A stretch of DNA of 64,000 nucleotides from the human T2T-CHM13v2.0 reference genome, Homo sapiens: assembly GCF_009914755.1 (NCBI RefSeq), contig NC_060931.1. The stretch is one strand, 5' to 3'. A program made the translations under genes and the position numbers. The notes beneath the pieces are model-generated. The model made no database searches. It worked only from the letters and a program-made list of their open reading frames with translations, and was not told the origin of the DNA. Positions 15,877 to 28,769 of this stretch are shown here, in pieces. Each line of letters begins with the position of its first letter. Position 1 is the first letter of the stretch.

Positions 15877-16266
15877 TGAGGCAGGAGAATAGGGCCTGGA
15901 GGCAGGGAACCTAAGGTCTTCTTAGAACTGAATCAAATGGAAACACTTCAGCTATGATAGGAAATATCCTCTTCATTTACATTGGGCATACGACTAGTAA
16001 ATGACTTCGTAATTTTACTTCATCCTCTTCACTTACATAGGTGTACACCAAGTAACCAACAGAAACCTCTAGAGGGTATTTAAACACCAGAAAATTCTGT
16101 AACTGTGCTGTTGAGACCCTATACTCATGCTCACTCCCACTCTGTGGGTGTACTTTCATTTTTCCATAAATCTCTGCCTTTTTGCTTCTTTCTTTCCTTG
16201 CTTTGTGTGTTTTGTCCAGTTCTTTGTTCAGGATGCCAAGAACCTGGACACACTCCACCGGTAACA
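15877..16266 (+). repeat. 5' LTR (MER61-like)
   Basis: TGAGGCAGGAGAATAGGG...CCGGTAACA; TATA-like GGGTATTTAAA; homologous to 26367-26762. Confidence 0.9.
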
Positions 16267-16271
16267 TATTT

Positions 16272-16289
16272 TGGCAAGCCAGACAGGAG
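16272..16289 (+). other. Primer-binding site, tRNA-Arg(ACG)-type
   Basis: TGGCAAGCCAGACAGGAG matches 16/18 of TGGCGAGCCAGCCAGGAG; lies 5 nt after the LTR. Confidence 0.8.
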
Positions 16290-17453
16290 GTAATCCCAAA
16301 GTTTGGGATTTATTTTTCTCCTTTTCTTTTCTGCTCCATACAGGGGAATCTCTCTCTCTCTTTTCCTTTCCAACTCGGGCCCCTTGGTGGGCAGTGCCTA
16401 AACACAGAGGCAACTGCAGATTTCTGGCCGGGGCCGCTCTGAAGGAATATTTTCTATTTTTTCCGGTTGTGGTCCCTAATCCCTACATGTGGTACAGCTC
16501 AGGGTGAACTGACAAGCGTTTCATGTGACTGAAACCTTCTTTTCTTATGTTAAATTCTTCCCTTACGCTACTCAACTGGCTAAGGGCAGAAGAAACCCAC
16601 CCAGCCTCCAGTTCCTATCATTAAAGTTCATGGCTATCACTAATGGAATGGGAAGCACGGGAAAGCATGGCGTTATCAAATTATAAGGATGCTAGAAGTT
16701 GAGGCCTTCATCCAGGGACAAAAGGAAAGCTCATAGTAGGCTATCCCCTCTGGAGGGAAAGCATGCAAAGTGGCACTGGTGCCCACCTAAGGTCAGAGAC
16801 ATCTGACACTCTAAGATTGGACCCTAAAGGGGGATTCCCTGGGGGATCCTCCAGACCCCAACCTCTCCAAAGCGGACGCCCTTGGCAGAGGTCCTGAGGT
16901 CTAGTGCTAAGCCCCCCTTAGAATTTTCTCTTGCAGTTGCAATACTGTGTGGACCCCATATTGTTTGGAATCTGAAGTTTGCTGTTGAATGGGAAAGTGG
17001 GACGGAGTTTTATGTGTCTAGGCTTTTGTGCTGCTTTTCTAAGCAGGGGGCCTGGTGAACGTGTTATGCTTTCCTTTGGTACCGTTTGGCCCCAGTGTTC
17101 TTTGGAGTCTGGGGAAGTTTGGCCTCTAAAAATCAAACTGCCATGGAAACTGCTATACCCGAAATTTTGGTTCACAGCCTTCATTGGATTACCTATTGGG
17201 GCAAACAAAGTAAAACCAGTGAGCTTGTATTGCTATCTCATGGCTAGGGTTCCAAGGTAAAAGCTATTGAATCTTCATTTGTGTGTGTGTATATATATAT
17301 GTCTAGATGTGTTTATTTGTATGTACACTTGTTATACGTTGTGTCTACCAAATTGGCCTATAAAAGAGCACTCATAAATCAAGTAAATAAGTCTGAGCAA
17401 TTTTCAAGTTCACATGACTTAAGTATAACTTTACTAAACAAGCTGGTTTTTAA

Positions 17454-17871
<418 letters not shown>

Positions 17872-20800
17872 TAGAAAGTTATAAAACTATAAACCCAGCC
17901 AAAACAAAATGATCTTGGTTTGCCTGCCCTTTTTTTTTTTTGACAAATGATAGTAATTTAACATTAGCTAAATCTTCTGAGCTGTTGGCCAAAATATCTA
18001 TGTACTTAACTTTGAGGCTCTTACTTAGGTTTGGGTGAGCACCTGATGTTCACTGGCTATTAAAAATGTGGTTAACAAGGAAATAACTCACTTTAAATAA
18101 TAGTGTCTAATATCTCAGTTTACAGAAGTAATCTAGATAAACTGTTTAAAAATGAAATAAGTACATGTAAATGGGATAAATGTTTTAGGTGAACTTTTTG
18201 TGTAAATTAAAATCTTAAAATTATGTTTGATGCTCATTGAATATCTGGGTCATTTCCAATTAAGAAAGGGTTGTGATATGGGGAAATATGTTTCTAAATA
18301 CTGTGGAATTATTCTTATCTATAAATGTCCATATCTCGTAGCTCAAGATTTCTTGCTTTTTAGGATTTCACTAAAGTTTTAGGTTACTAAGGATAAGAAT
18401 TCTAGTTAACACATAATTTTGTATACAAAATGTACCAGAAAGGGTTGTGTTATTAATGAGAAAAAGAATAATTTCATCTAATTCAGAAGTTATATAAAAG
18501 TTCCAGTTACAGACTTCAAAAGGTTATTTATGAAATAATGTACTACGTAACTAGTAGGTAGGGGAGAAAAATGTGGAAAAAGTTTAGATAATATTCTTTA
18601 AAACCTGATAGGGAATTGGAGACATTTCACTAATTAACATTTTCATAGTTAAAGCTGTTAGTCTTGACTGATAAAATAAGAAGTATTGTAAAGAAACGCA
18701 TTGGCAGTTTGGCAATTCTTTTTTTTAAATACAGTTAAGCATGAAGCTGGATTTAGTGTGGAGCCAAATTTCGTATACATAATTGCATTGCTTCCCCCTA
18801 TGTTTACTGTTTTGTGTGGATAGTGCTGGCACTGGAGTACTTATTGGTCATGTGCCTAGAGTGAATTTCTTGGTTGTACAGGATGTATGGTGATATTGGT
18901 GGACTTGAGGATACTTAATTGTGTATCAGGAATAAAATATTCATTATGTGAGTTTTTTTGGGACCCTGGGTAACACTATAGTCTCCAAGGTAGATTGAGT
19001 AGGAACATTTAGGGTTGGTGTCCTGTTTACTTGTCTTTGCTTCCAATTTTCATTTGTTTGCTGTTTATTCTCCTCTGGCTTTCCTTGTGTGTGCATATAT
19101 AAAACCATTTATTTTTTTGTTTTGTTTTTTAGTTTCTAGTGGAAGGCTTTTATTTGGTTCTGTGGATAGTTATTTTGTTTCCTATGCATTCCTAGCAAGT
19201 CATCATTTGTTTTGTTTATCTGGAATTCCTAGGCTACCTTTGTCAGGCCCGCAGGAATTGATGGAGCACAAAAACTTTCTATCCTTAAACTAACTTTTTG
19301 GAATTTAGGCTTCCTGATACTTTAAGGGTGTTGAGTGTACTTTCTTAAATAGAATTTGAGTCAATATTTCTCTCTCTGCCTAATTTCTCCAAAATTTGTA
19401 AACTATGTGTGACTATTCTTAATTCATTGCAATGTGATTGTTTGCATACACAGTTGAGCAGGGTTGCTAGGGCTGCTCAGGGAGAGAGAACCCAGAAACC
19501 TGGCATGCTGGCAAAAGGGTAAGAATTTCTTACCATTCAGACTCTGGCCTCTCTCTCTCTTTCTTTCTCTCTGTGCAAACTGGTTAAATGAATAGTAAAA
19601 GTCACTGTTTATCTCCTCTGTAAAGTTTTGATTAATATAAAAAAGAATTCTGAGGCTGGTCTTAAGCTGTAGTGAATCTGGTGTGCTTTATGTGTCTTTC
19701 TGTATTGTTCTGTCACAAAAAGGGGTACATTAGGATAAAATGCGTGCCTAGGACTCCATAGGCTTGCTGTTCAAGATGGCCCAGCAAACTGGACAGTCAT
19801 GTCCTTGGGAGCTTGACCTCGTAACCATGTGGCCATGCTTTCTTTCTCTTTTCACAATGGCAGCTGGGTTTAGGGTTCAATTCCTGGCTTAGGGAATGAG
19901 TCCTTTATCTTCTATCTATGTATTTATGTGTGTTGTGTAATATAAAAGAACTTTAATTAATTGGTTTAATAATAAGAGCTTAAATCAAATATTTTGTCAG
20001 AAAAGTAAAAAGTTTAATGCCTTTTATTTAGTTCATGTGGCTTAAGTAATCTTTGGGAAATAAAGACAGTTTTAAAGATTATTGGTAAAATAAAAATATC
20101 TTCAAAAATGTAAAAATTTGGTCTAAATTATACAGGTCAGATACCAGGTTTGCTAAATGTTTAAGGTCATAAACTGCTTGTTTGACTTTTAAAAATTATT
20201 CAATTTATTTTGGAGTATTAGATTCTAGGTAAGACCTGGAGACATGTGAAATTAGTCATGTCACCTAGCTATGCAAAGAAGTTTATAAAGAAAAGAAATC
20301 TTACATAAGAAAGGATCTTATATGGTAAATTCTTGTCCTAAAGTAAAATAACAGGTTGTTTAAAAGGAGAGATGTTTAGGACAAGTCAGAAAGTCCAAGC
20401 ATATTATAGATGGTCTGTGTAAATCATGAAATAATTTATGAAAGAGAATTTATGCAAGAAATGTTGTACAGTTTAAAGGTGATTAGGCCTCCTAAATGCT
20501 TCATAAAATGCCACTGTGACTCTTAACTGTACAACTTGCCTGCTTTACAGCTAGGTAAAGCCTGGGACACATGGAGTTAGATGCTGGAAAGGGTCAGACC
20601 TTATCTGGACTTCTGGGTGGGTCCTAGGCTCCACCCCTAGTACATAATTAAAATCCCAAACTTATCAAGGTTTTCACCAAAAGTAAATGTCGCCAAGAGT
20701 TAGCATTGTAACATGTAATTGAGCCTACTGAAGAAACAGTTTTACATGAAAGGTATGTAAGAAAAGTGAAATATGTTTTTGGTAAAAGATTATAAGAAAG

Positions 20801-22311
20801 CATGGGAATGTGGGTTTTTTTGTTGTGCCTAAAGGGCTAAAAGATTGTTTTAAGTTAGAATAAAGCTAAAGGTTTGAACAGGTTGTGGAAGGTTTGCAAA
20901 CAATTAATCTTGTAAAAAATTATGTGTGTGAACATATTGACTAAATTTAAAGGGTTATTTTCTGGTTTGTCTGTAAATTGAACATTGAAATAAAAACACA
21001 AACATGGTTTTCTTAAAGCACTGATCTGCTCTTTACTAAAAATTTATAGAGGGTTATAAAAGATTTATGAGATTCTCATTGTATGGTCAAACTGATTAAG
21101 ATCGGAAAGATTTGTCTATAAGGTTTTATTAAAAATTGGGGTTGACATTAATAGTACACTAATGCAAGGGTGAAATGTGGCTTTCTCTCCTGAACAAGAT
21201 TTTCATGTAATATTAAAAGACACTGAAAGATTTTTATTTGCCTTTTGAATAAACTACCAACAAAAAAAGAAGGGAAAGACAAGAGACAGATTGTTTGGAA
21301 AGCTAAGTCTTCCCTCTTTCAATGAGTGAAGGTTTTTGCCTAAAAAAGAGGTTTTTTTGATAATCATTTTGGCTAAATGAATGACTTATGGTAACCTGGA
21401 GTTCTATTTCATAATATCAAGTGTTTTAAGCCTCTAACATATTTGATAGGCTTCCCAAAATCAAATTGCAGCTTCAAAATTGTCTTTTCTGACCTCTAAC
21501 TTTGAGATGCTGCGAAGGGCCCCTGAATCATCCAAAAGAGAGGTGAGAAGAATCATTTGACACGTTTAGTTACATGGGAAGTATTGACAAAAACTTAAAA
21601 AATTTAGTCTTCTTCAGGTTATAGTTTAGTGAATGATATTATATATTTTCCAAAATTGTATGGGATTTCTAAAATTCTAAGATGTCTGAGTATATGCCAT
21701 CAATCATAATTATGGTTATTATGTTAAATGATTGTAAACCACAGAAATAACCAAATTTCCTTGTCAATTGTGTTTTTAACTGTAACTATTTAAAGTTATT
21801 TCCACAGTTAATTGTTTAATGCTGATGCAGTTTCTGAAAACGTCACAAGCACACAAAATCCTAGAATATGGTGTCTTTTAGGAAGTTGATTAAAGGATGG
21901 AAAGGACTCTAAAAAGCACTCTTGAATACAGGTTTCTGAGAACTTTAGAATCATATCATTTGAACTGGGTAAGAATTCCTGGAACTTTAATGAAAAGACT
22001 GACTGGGTTATAAAACTGCTAACCTAGGTAGAACAAAAATTAATTAAATACCAAGAAAATACTTTGCCAGATTTTTATGCTAAATCGGCTGTTACTGAAA
22101 TTGTTTAGATATACAATTTGAATGAATTCCATGGTCTAAGTCAAATTACCTATGATAACCCATCAGTTACCAGTGTTATTCACCTAATTTGGTGAAACAA
22201 CTGGTATTCAAGAGCATATAAGTCTAATGTTCATTAAGCATGGATTCATGGAAAATGAGGATGGCCACCTTGTCCTTCTCAAGTCCTTAAAGCTTTTATT
22301 ATTAAAAGTTC

Positions 22312-22551
22312 AGCCAGGTGTGGTGGCTCACACCTGTAATCCCAGCACTTTGGGAGGCTGAGGTGGGCAGATCATGAGGTCAGGAGTTCAAGCCCAGTCT
22401 GGCCAATATGGTGAAACCCCATCTCTACCAAAAATACAAAAAAATTAGCTGGGTGTGGTGGCATGCACCTTTAGTCCCAGCTACTTGGGAGGCTGAGGCA
22501 GAAGAATCACTTGAACCCAGGAGGTGGAGGTTGCAGTGAGCCAAGATTGCC
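22312..22551 (+). mobile_element. AluS (Sg-like), 3'-truncated
   Basis: Dimeric Alu ending at CCAAGATTGCC with no tail and no right TSD. Confidence 0.9.
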
Positions 22552-22689
22552 CTGGACGAAGATTCATCTTTGATGTAAACATCTTTTTCCAAGATCACAG
22601 ATTAAGACTTCTACTATCATGAGACTCTTATCCTTGAATATTTTTTGTTTATGCCTCTATGAACAATAGAAATGAAAAAGGGATCTGTT

Positions 22690-23427
22690 TTGTGCACTTA
22701 TGGGGTATACTTTTATTTGTGAAGGATTTTGCAGCCAGCCTTATACATGGATAATCTTATACTCTGATAGATAAAAGATGAAGACCCAGTGTAGGTGAGA
22801 AACTTTAATGCTACATACGTTGCCTCATAATCAGTCAGAAACAGAAGATTGGTTCACTCCTATTAACCCACTCATGGGTTAAAAAGAACATTCCCAGGAG
22901 GCCTTCACTCTTCTATAAGAGAAGGGCATCATTTATTAGGTCTATTTTCCATTTGGAAGGATTTGGAATAAAAGAGGTAATGATTAAAAATGTATCCCTC
23001 ACAATAGGTTCTATAGCAGATTCTACTGTAAAGTCTATAGTTACACAACAGACTTTAAATTATCTTGTGAAAGTTATGCTAAAGAATAGAATTGGCCAAA
23101 GAGAAAAGTATCTATGCAGCTGCTGGCAGTCATGGCCTATGGTGGAAAACATCAGGTATTATAGAGTTTCAGTTGTAGTGGATTAACAAAGAGACTGTTT
23201 AGTTAAGTGAGTAGACTGCTTATCTAGCTCATTCTTTGATCTATTTGATTTTAGGTGGTTTGGTTTATGGGGACCCTGGATAAGGAACATACTTCAAACT
23301 CTTGGTATTATCCTTTTGATAGTCATAATAATAGTCTCCCTGGTGCATTGTATTCTCTCAAAGGTTTTACATGCTTGCATGCAGCCATCTCTAGAATGTC
23401 AAATGGTCTCTCTTCAAGTGGAATGAC
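22690..23427 (+). pseudogene. Retroviral env (TM subunit) remnant
   Basis: GIKEVMIKNVSLTIGSIADSTVKSIVTQQTLNYLVKVMLKNRIG (heptad plus ISD-like), and in another frame WFGLWGPWIRNILQTLGIILLIVIIIVSLVHCIL (TM anchor). Confidence 0.75.
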
Positions 23428-23700
23428 AAAAGCTGAATGAAATATGTGACCACAAGGACACTGTAACCTATGAATGGCATGCTGAGACCAGAAACCCAAA
23501 ATGATGGTAACTGAGAGTGGTACTAAGGCTCTAAGTTTTGATCATACTCTCACCTAAGTGAGAACCTGACCAAAAGGGGGGAATTTTTAAAAACAAAATT
23601 GTGGTAGGCCATTGTTTTGGACTGAGCTCATGCATTAGACCTCATCAGATCAAACCAAACAAAATGGAGTTGCTTGGGCTAAGACTTTAAGGCGATACAT

Positions 23701-25992
23701 TGTATTAGTCCATTCTCACACTGCTGATAAAGATATACCTGAGACTGGGCAATTTACAAAAGAAAGAGAGGTTTAATGGATTTACAGTTCCACGTGTCTG
23801 GGGAGGCCTCACAAGTATGGTGGAAGGCAAGGAGGAGCAAGTCACATCTTATATGGATGGCAGTAGGCAAAGCAAGAGCTTGTGCAGGGAAACTCCACCT
23901 TATGAAACTGTAAGAGCTCTTGAGACTTATTCACTATCATGAGAACAACATGGGAAAGACCTGCCCCCATGATTCAATTACCTCCCACCAGATCTCTCCC
24001 ATAATACGTGGGTATTCAAGATGAGATTTGTGTGAGGACACAGCCAAACCATATCATTCCGCCCCAGCCCCTCCCAAATCTCATGTCCTCACATTTCAAA
24101 ACCAATTATGCCTTCCTAACAGTCCCCCAAAGTGTTAACTCATTTCAACATTAACTCAAAAATCCACAGTCCAAAGTTTCATCTGAGACAAGGCAAGTCC
24201 CTCCTGCCTGTGAGACTTTAAAATCAAAAGCAAGTTAGTTACTTCCTAGATACAATGGGGGATAAGCATTGGGTAAATACAACCATTCCAAATGGGAGAA
24301 ATTGGCCCAAACAAATGGGCTACAGGTCCCATGCAAGTCCAAAATCCAGCAGGGTAATCAAATCTTAAAGCTCCAAAATGATCTCCTTTGACCCCGTGTC
24401 TCACATCCAGGTCATGCTGATGCAAGAGGTGGGTTTCCATGGTCTTGACAGCTGCACCCCTTGTGGTTTTGCAGGGTACAGCCTCCCTCCCAGATGCTTT
24501 CACAGGATGGCATTGAGTGTCTGCAGCTTTTCCAGGCTCATGGTGCAAACTATTGGTGGATCTACCATTCTGGGGTCTGGAGGATGGTGACTCTCTTCTC
24601 ATAGCTCCACTAGGTGGTGCCCCAGTAGGGACTCTGTGTGGGGGATCTGACCCCACATTTCCCTTCTGCACTGCCCTAGCAGAGATTCTCCATGAGGGCC
24701 CCACCCCTGCAGCAAATTTCTGAGCATCAAGACATTTCCATACATCCTCTGAAATCTAGGCGGAGGTCCCCAAACCCCAGTTCTTGACTTCTGGGCACTC
24801 ATAGGCTCAACACCACCAACTTATAGGCTCAACAAGCAAGATGGCTGCATGCAAGCATGCCTTCTGCAGCCATGGCCTGAGCTCTATGTTGGCCCCTTTC
24901 AGCCATGGCTGGAGTGGCTGGGATGCAGGGCACCAAGTCCCCAGGATGCACACAGCACAGGGACACTGGGCTTGGCCCATGAAATGATTTTTTACTCCTA
25001 GGTCTCCATGCCTGTGATGGGAGGGGCTGCTGTGAAGACCTCTGACATGCCCTGGAGACATTTTCCCCAGGGTCTTGAGGATTAACATTCGGCTCCTTGT
25101 TACTTATGCAAATTTCTGCAGCCGGCTTGAATTTCTCAGAGAAATTGGATTTTCTTGTCTATTGCATTTTCAGGCTGCAAATTTTCTTAACTCTTATGCT
25201 CTGCTTCCCTTATAAAACTTAATGCATTTAACAGCACCCAAGTGACCTCTTGAATGCTTTGTTGCTTAGAAATTTCTTCTGCCAGATACTCTAAATCATC
25301 TCTCTGAAGTTCAAAGTTCCACCAATCTCTACAGCAGGGGCAAAATGCCACCAGTCTATTTGCTAAAACATAGCTAGAGTCACCTTTCCTCCAGTTCCCA
25401 ACAAGTTCCTAATTTCCATCTGAAACCACCTCAACCTGAGCTTTTTTGTCCATATCACTATCAGCATTATGGGCAAGGTCATTCAACAAGTCTCTAGGAA
25501 GTTCCAAACTTTCCCACATTTTCCTGTCTTTTCCTGAGCCCTCCAAACTGTTTCAACCTCTGCCTGTTACACAGTTCCAAAGTTGCTTCCACATCTTCAC
25601 GTATCTTTTCAGCAGTGCCCCACTCCTGGTACCAATTTACTATATTAGTCTGTTCTTACACTGCTGATAAAGACATACTCAAGATTGGGCAATTTACAAA
25701 AGACGGAGAGGTTTAATGGACTTACAGTTCCACGTGGCTGGGGAGGGCTCACAGTCATAGTGGAAGGCAAGGAGGAGCAAGTCATGTCTTACATGGATGG
25801 CAGCAGGCAAAGTGAGAGCTTGTGCAGGGAAACTCCCCCTTATAAAACTATCAGATTTCATGAGACTTACTATCACAAGAAGAGCACAACAAAGACCTGC
25901 CCCCATGATTCAATTACCTCCCACTGGGTCCTTCCCACAACACATGGGAATTCAAGATGTGATTTGGGTGGGGACACAGTCAAACCATATTA
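23701..25992 (-). mobile_element. Full-length THE1A (LTR-int-LTR)
   Basis: LTRs at 23701-24056 and 25641-25992, ~1.58-kb THE1 internal region, 5-bp TSD TACAT/CACAT. Confidence 0.93.
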
Positions 25993-26366
25993 CACATGGA
26001 TCCTAGAAGAGAAGAGGTTTTGTTTTTCTCCTGTAAATCTCTATAACAAACATTCCTGAGAGCATAAGTATCTACCTCCTGAAGTTCCCATTAAATCTTT
26101 TAACCAAATTCATTTCCTCTCTCCTAGAGACCATCAAGCTTCAGATGATCATGTGACAAAGGTTCCAGTCAGTTCCAGGTGAAGACACCACCCCTGGTCA
26201 TTAAGGAGCTACCCTGTCTCCATTAGACAGAGCAGGACAAGAGTTCTGTGATCCACAATGGGTAGGGACTACACCCTGAGCCAGCATGAAGCAGTTACAG
26301 AAGAAAGACCGTCAGTCCCTCTGCCTCCCATAAAGATTTATGGGGATCACATCTTTTGGGGGGAAA

Positions 26367-26762
26367 TAAGACAGGAGAATAGGGCCTGGAGGCAGGGAAC
26401 CTAAGGACTTATTAGAACTAAATCAAAGGAAAACACTTCAGTGATGACAGGAAATATCCTCTTCATTTACATAGGGCATACACCTAGTAAATGACTTTGT
26501 AACTTGAATTCATCCTCTTCATTTACATAGGGTTTACACCAAGTAACCAGTGAAAATCTCTAGAGGGTATTTAAGCCCCAGAAAATTCTGTAATCGCACT
26601 GTTGAGACCCTATGCTTGCTCCTGCTCCCACCCTGTGGAGTGTACTTTCATTTTAAAAAAATCTCTGCTTTTGTTGCTTCATTGTTTCCTTGCTTTGTTT
26701 GTGTATTTTGTCCAATTCTTTGTTCAAGACACTAAGAATCTGGACACCCTCCAGTGGTAACA
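26367..26762 (+). repeat. 3' LTR (MER61-like), preceded by PPT
   Basis: GGGGGGAAA at 26358-66, then TAAGACAGGAGAATAGGG...GGTAACA. Confidence 0.9.
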
Positions 26763-27113
26763 ATTTGCAAGCTCGATTGGAGGTGGAGTGGCTTCAAAAT
26801 TGGCTTAGTCACATGGCTGGCAAGTTGGTGCTTGCTATTGGTGGGAGGCTTTCACTATTTCTCATGGGTTCTTCTCCAATGGGCTGCTTGAGCTTCCCTC
26901 CAGTATGGTAGCTGGCTTCCCAGAAAGAGTGGTCCAGCAGAACAAAGCAACAGCTGTGGTGACTTTTATGACCTATCCTCAGAAGTTAAACATGGTCTTC
27001 TCCATCAAGTGGTTGCACAGACCACCTCTGATTCAATGTAGGAGGAGACTTCAGATGATCACGAATAGTAAGAGGTGAAGATCATGCAGGCATCCTAGAG
27101 CCTGACTGTGACA
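26763..27113 (-). mobile_element. MLT1F LTR, right piece
   Basis: CACATGGCTGGCAAGTTGGTG, GGGCTGCTTGAGC and terminal GATCATGCAGGGCATCCTAGAGCCTGACTGTGACA. Confidence 0.7.
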
Positions 27114-28769
27114 GGGTAGTATATGCCTATATTCCTCCCTCAATATTTTCCTGTTTTCCTACTCTGCCTGTTTGGCAAGGACACAGTGGCTCCTAACCTC
27201 TCTACTCTTAATCTCTTCATTGTGTTTTCTTGATATTTCTCAAGATTCCTACATATATTGAGTCATACAGAATGTAAAACCAACAGTTTTTAAAATTAAT
27301 CAATTTTAGCAGTTTTTAAGCTTTCAGAGCTGTCCACTTCATCCTAACACTTTAGGAGTTGGTGGCCATCCCATGATCTCCTTCACGTTTATGTAATGTT
27401 CTATCTGCCTGCTCACAGTCTGTATCTCATCCTGGAGAGTCCTTATTTGTAAAGCATATCTGTCTTCTTGTACTTATCCTTCTGGTCTCTTCATGGATCT
27501 ACTACCCTTTCTAGTGCTTTACCTATGTCATCACAAAGATTCCAGAATGAAGTCTCCTTCCTTCAAGATGGCAACCCTGGAGCATGGTTTTATTTGAGCC
27601 TGAGCTGGAATTGCAAAATTAGGCAGCTTGGCAGGAGAAAGCTAGAGCCAGGCATCAGTGGACCCCAACCTCTGAAGAAACCAACGCTTTTACAAACAGC
27701 TCCCTTCTGTAATGTCATGGGAGAGTAATTTTTTGCTTTTATAGGGTTTCTTCAGACAGAAGTACCACACAAAGATTATACAAGGATCTATGCTTTTCCA
27801 TGTGGGGGTTTGATACATTAATGAGAATTTGACAAATCCTGACCACTCTGCCATCTGTGGGCCTCATTCTGTTCCTACTTCTGTGATGCTTTCCATCTGT
27901 TCTGAGACAGAGGAACTCGTTCCACTGACATAGGCAATACTCCTAACCCTACCAGCTGTCTTACAAGGGTGTGTTGCTGCTCACTGGAGAAAATGAAAGA
28001 AAAGGTATATATTCAACAAAAATCCTGCCAGAAACAATTCACATTCTTCCGTACAGGTAGCTTACAAAGGGGCACAATATGGGATGGGTTTATATTAATC
28101 ATATCTCATACTTTTCATGAGGTTATGTCATCTTACTGCTCAGAAACCTCCAATAGCTCTCACGACTTAATCAAACTCCTTATCTTAGCATTGTAGGCCT
28201 TCCGGCTGTCATTCAGGCTTCATGGCACTTTATTAATACAATATTCCTTTCCCTTCCCCGCTACATGTCACCTATACTTTAGCCAAATGGGACCACATAC
28301 TATTGTTCTAACCTGCTCCATAAATTTCTGCCTCCATGCTTTTAGAAATTGTATTCTCTGCATTCTAAATGTTTTCCTGTCATGTTGACCATAGAAGTGC
28401 TTCCCTTCCCTGAGATCTGTGGTAAGTGCTACCTCACTTATGACACCCTTCCTGATTTCCTCTATCTAGTGATCTCACTTCCCCATGGACTCTGAGAGCA
28501 CTTTAGTGGTAACGTGTTTATAGACTTACCACATTCTTCCGGATATTTGAGCTGTTACTGTAACAGAGTCACGATGCTTACTTCCGCACTTGATGTTTTC
28601 CAAAATATTGATGGCTGAGAGTGAGAACAATCTGTTTTAATTCTGCCAGTGATTATTAAATTTATCTTTGAAGAAGGGTAGATCTTTGAGTTTTGGAGAA
28701 GAATAAGACTTAAGGGAGTTTTAGATTATACAAATGAAAGATAATCTTTTGGAATACAGAGACTCTGGT

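Noticed and set aside
15965-16056. ~56-bp internal duplication in the LTR U3
   Set aside because: Present in both LTRs, so it is a family feature and not a local event.
24246-24704. 152-aa ORF
   Set aside because: Remnant of the THE1 internal ORF; not a host gene.
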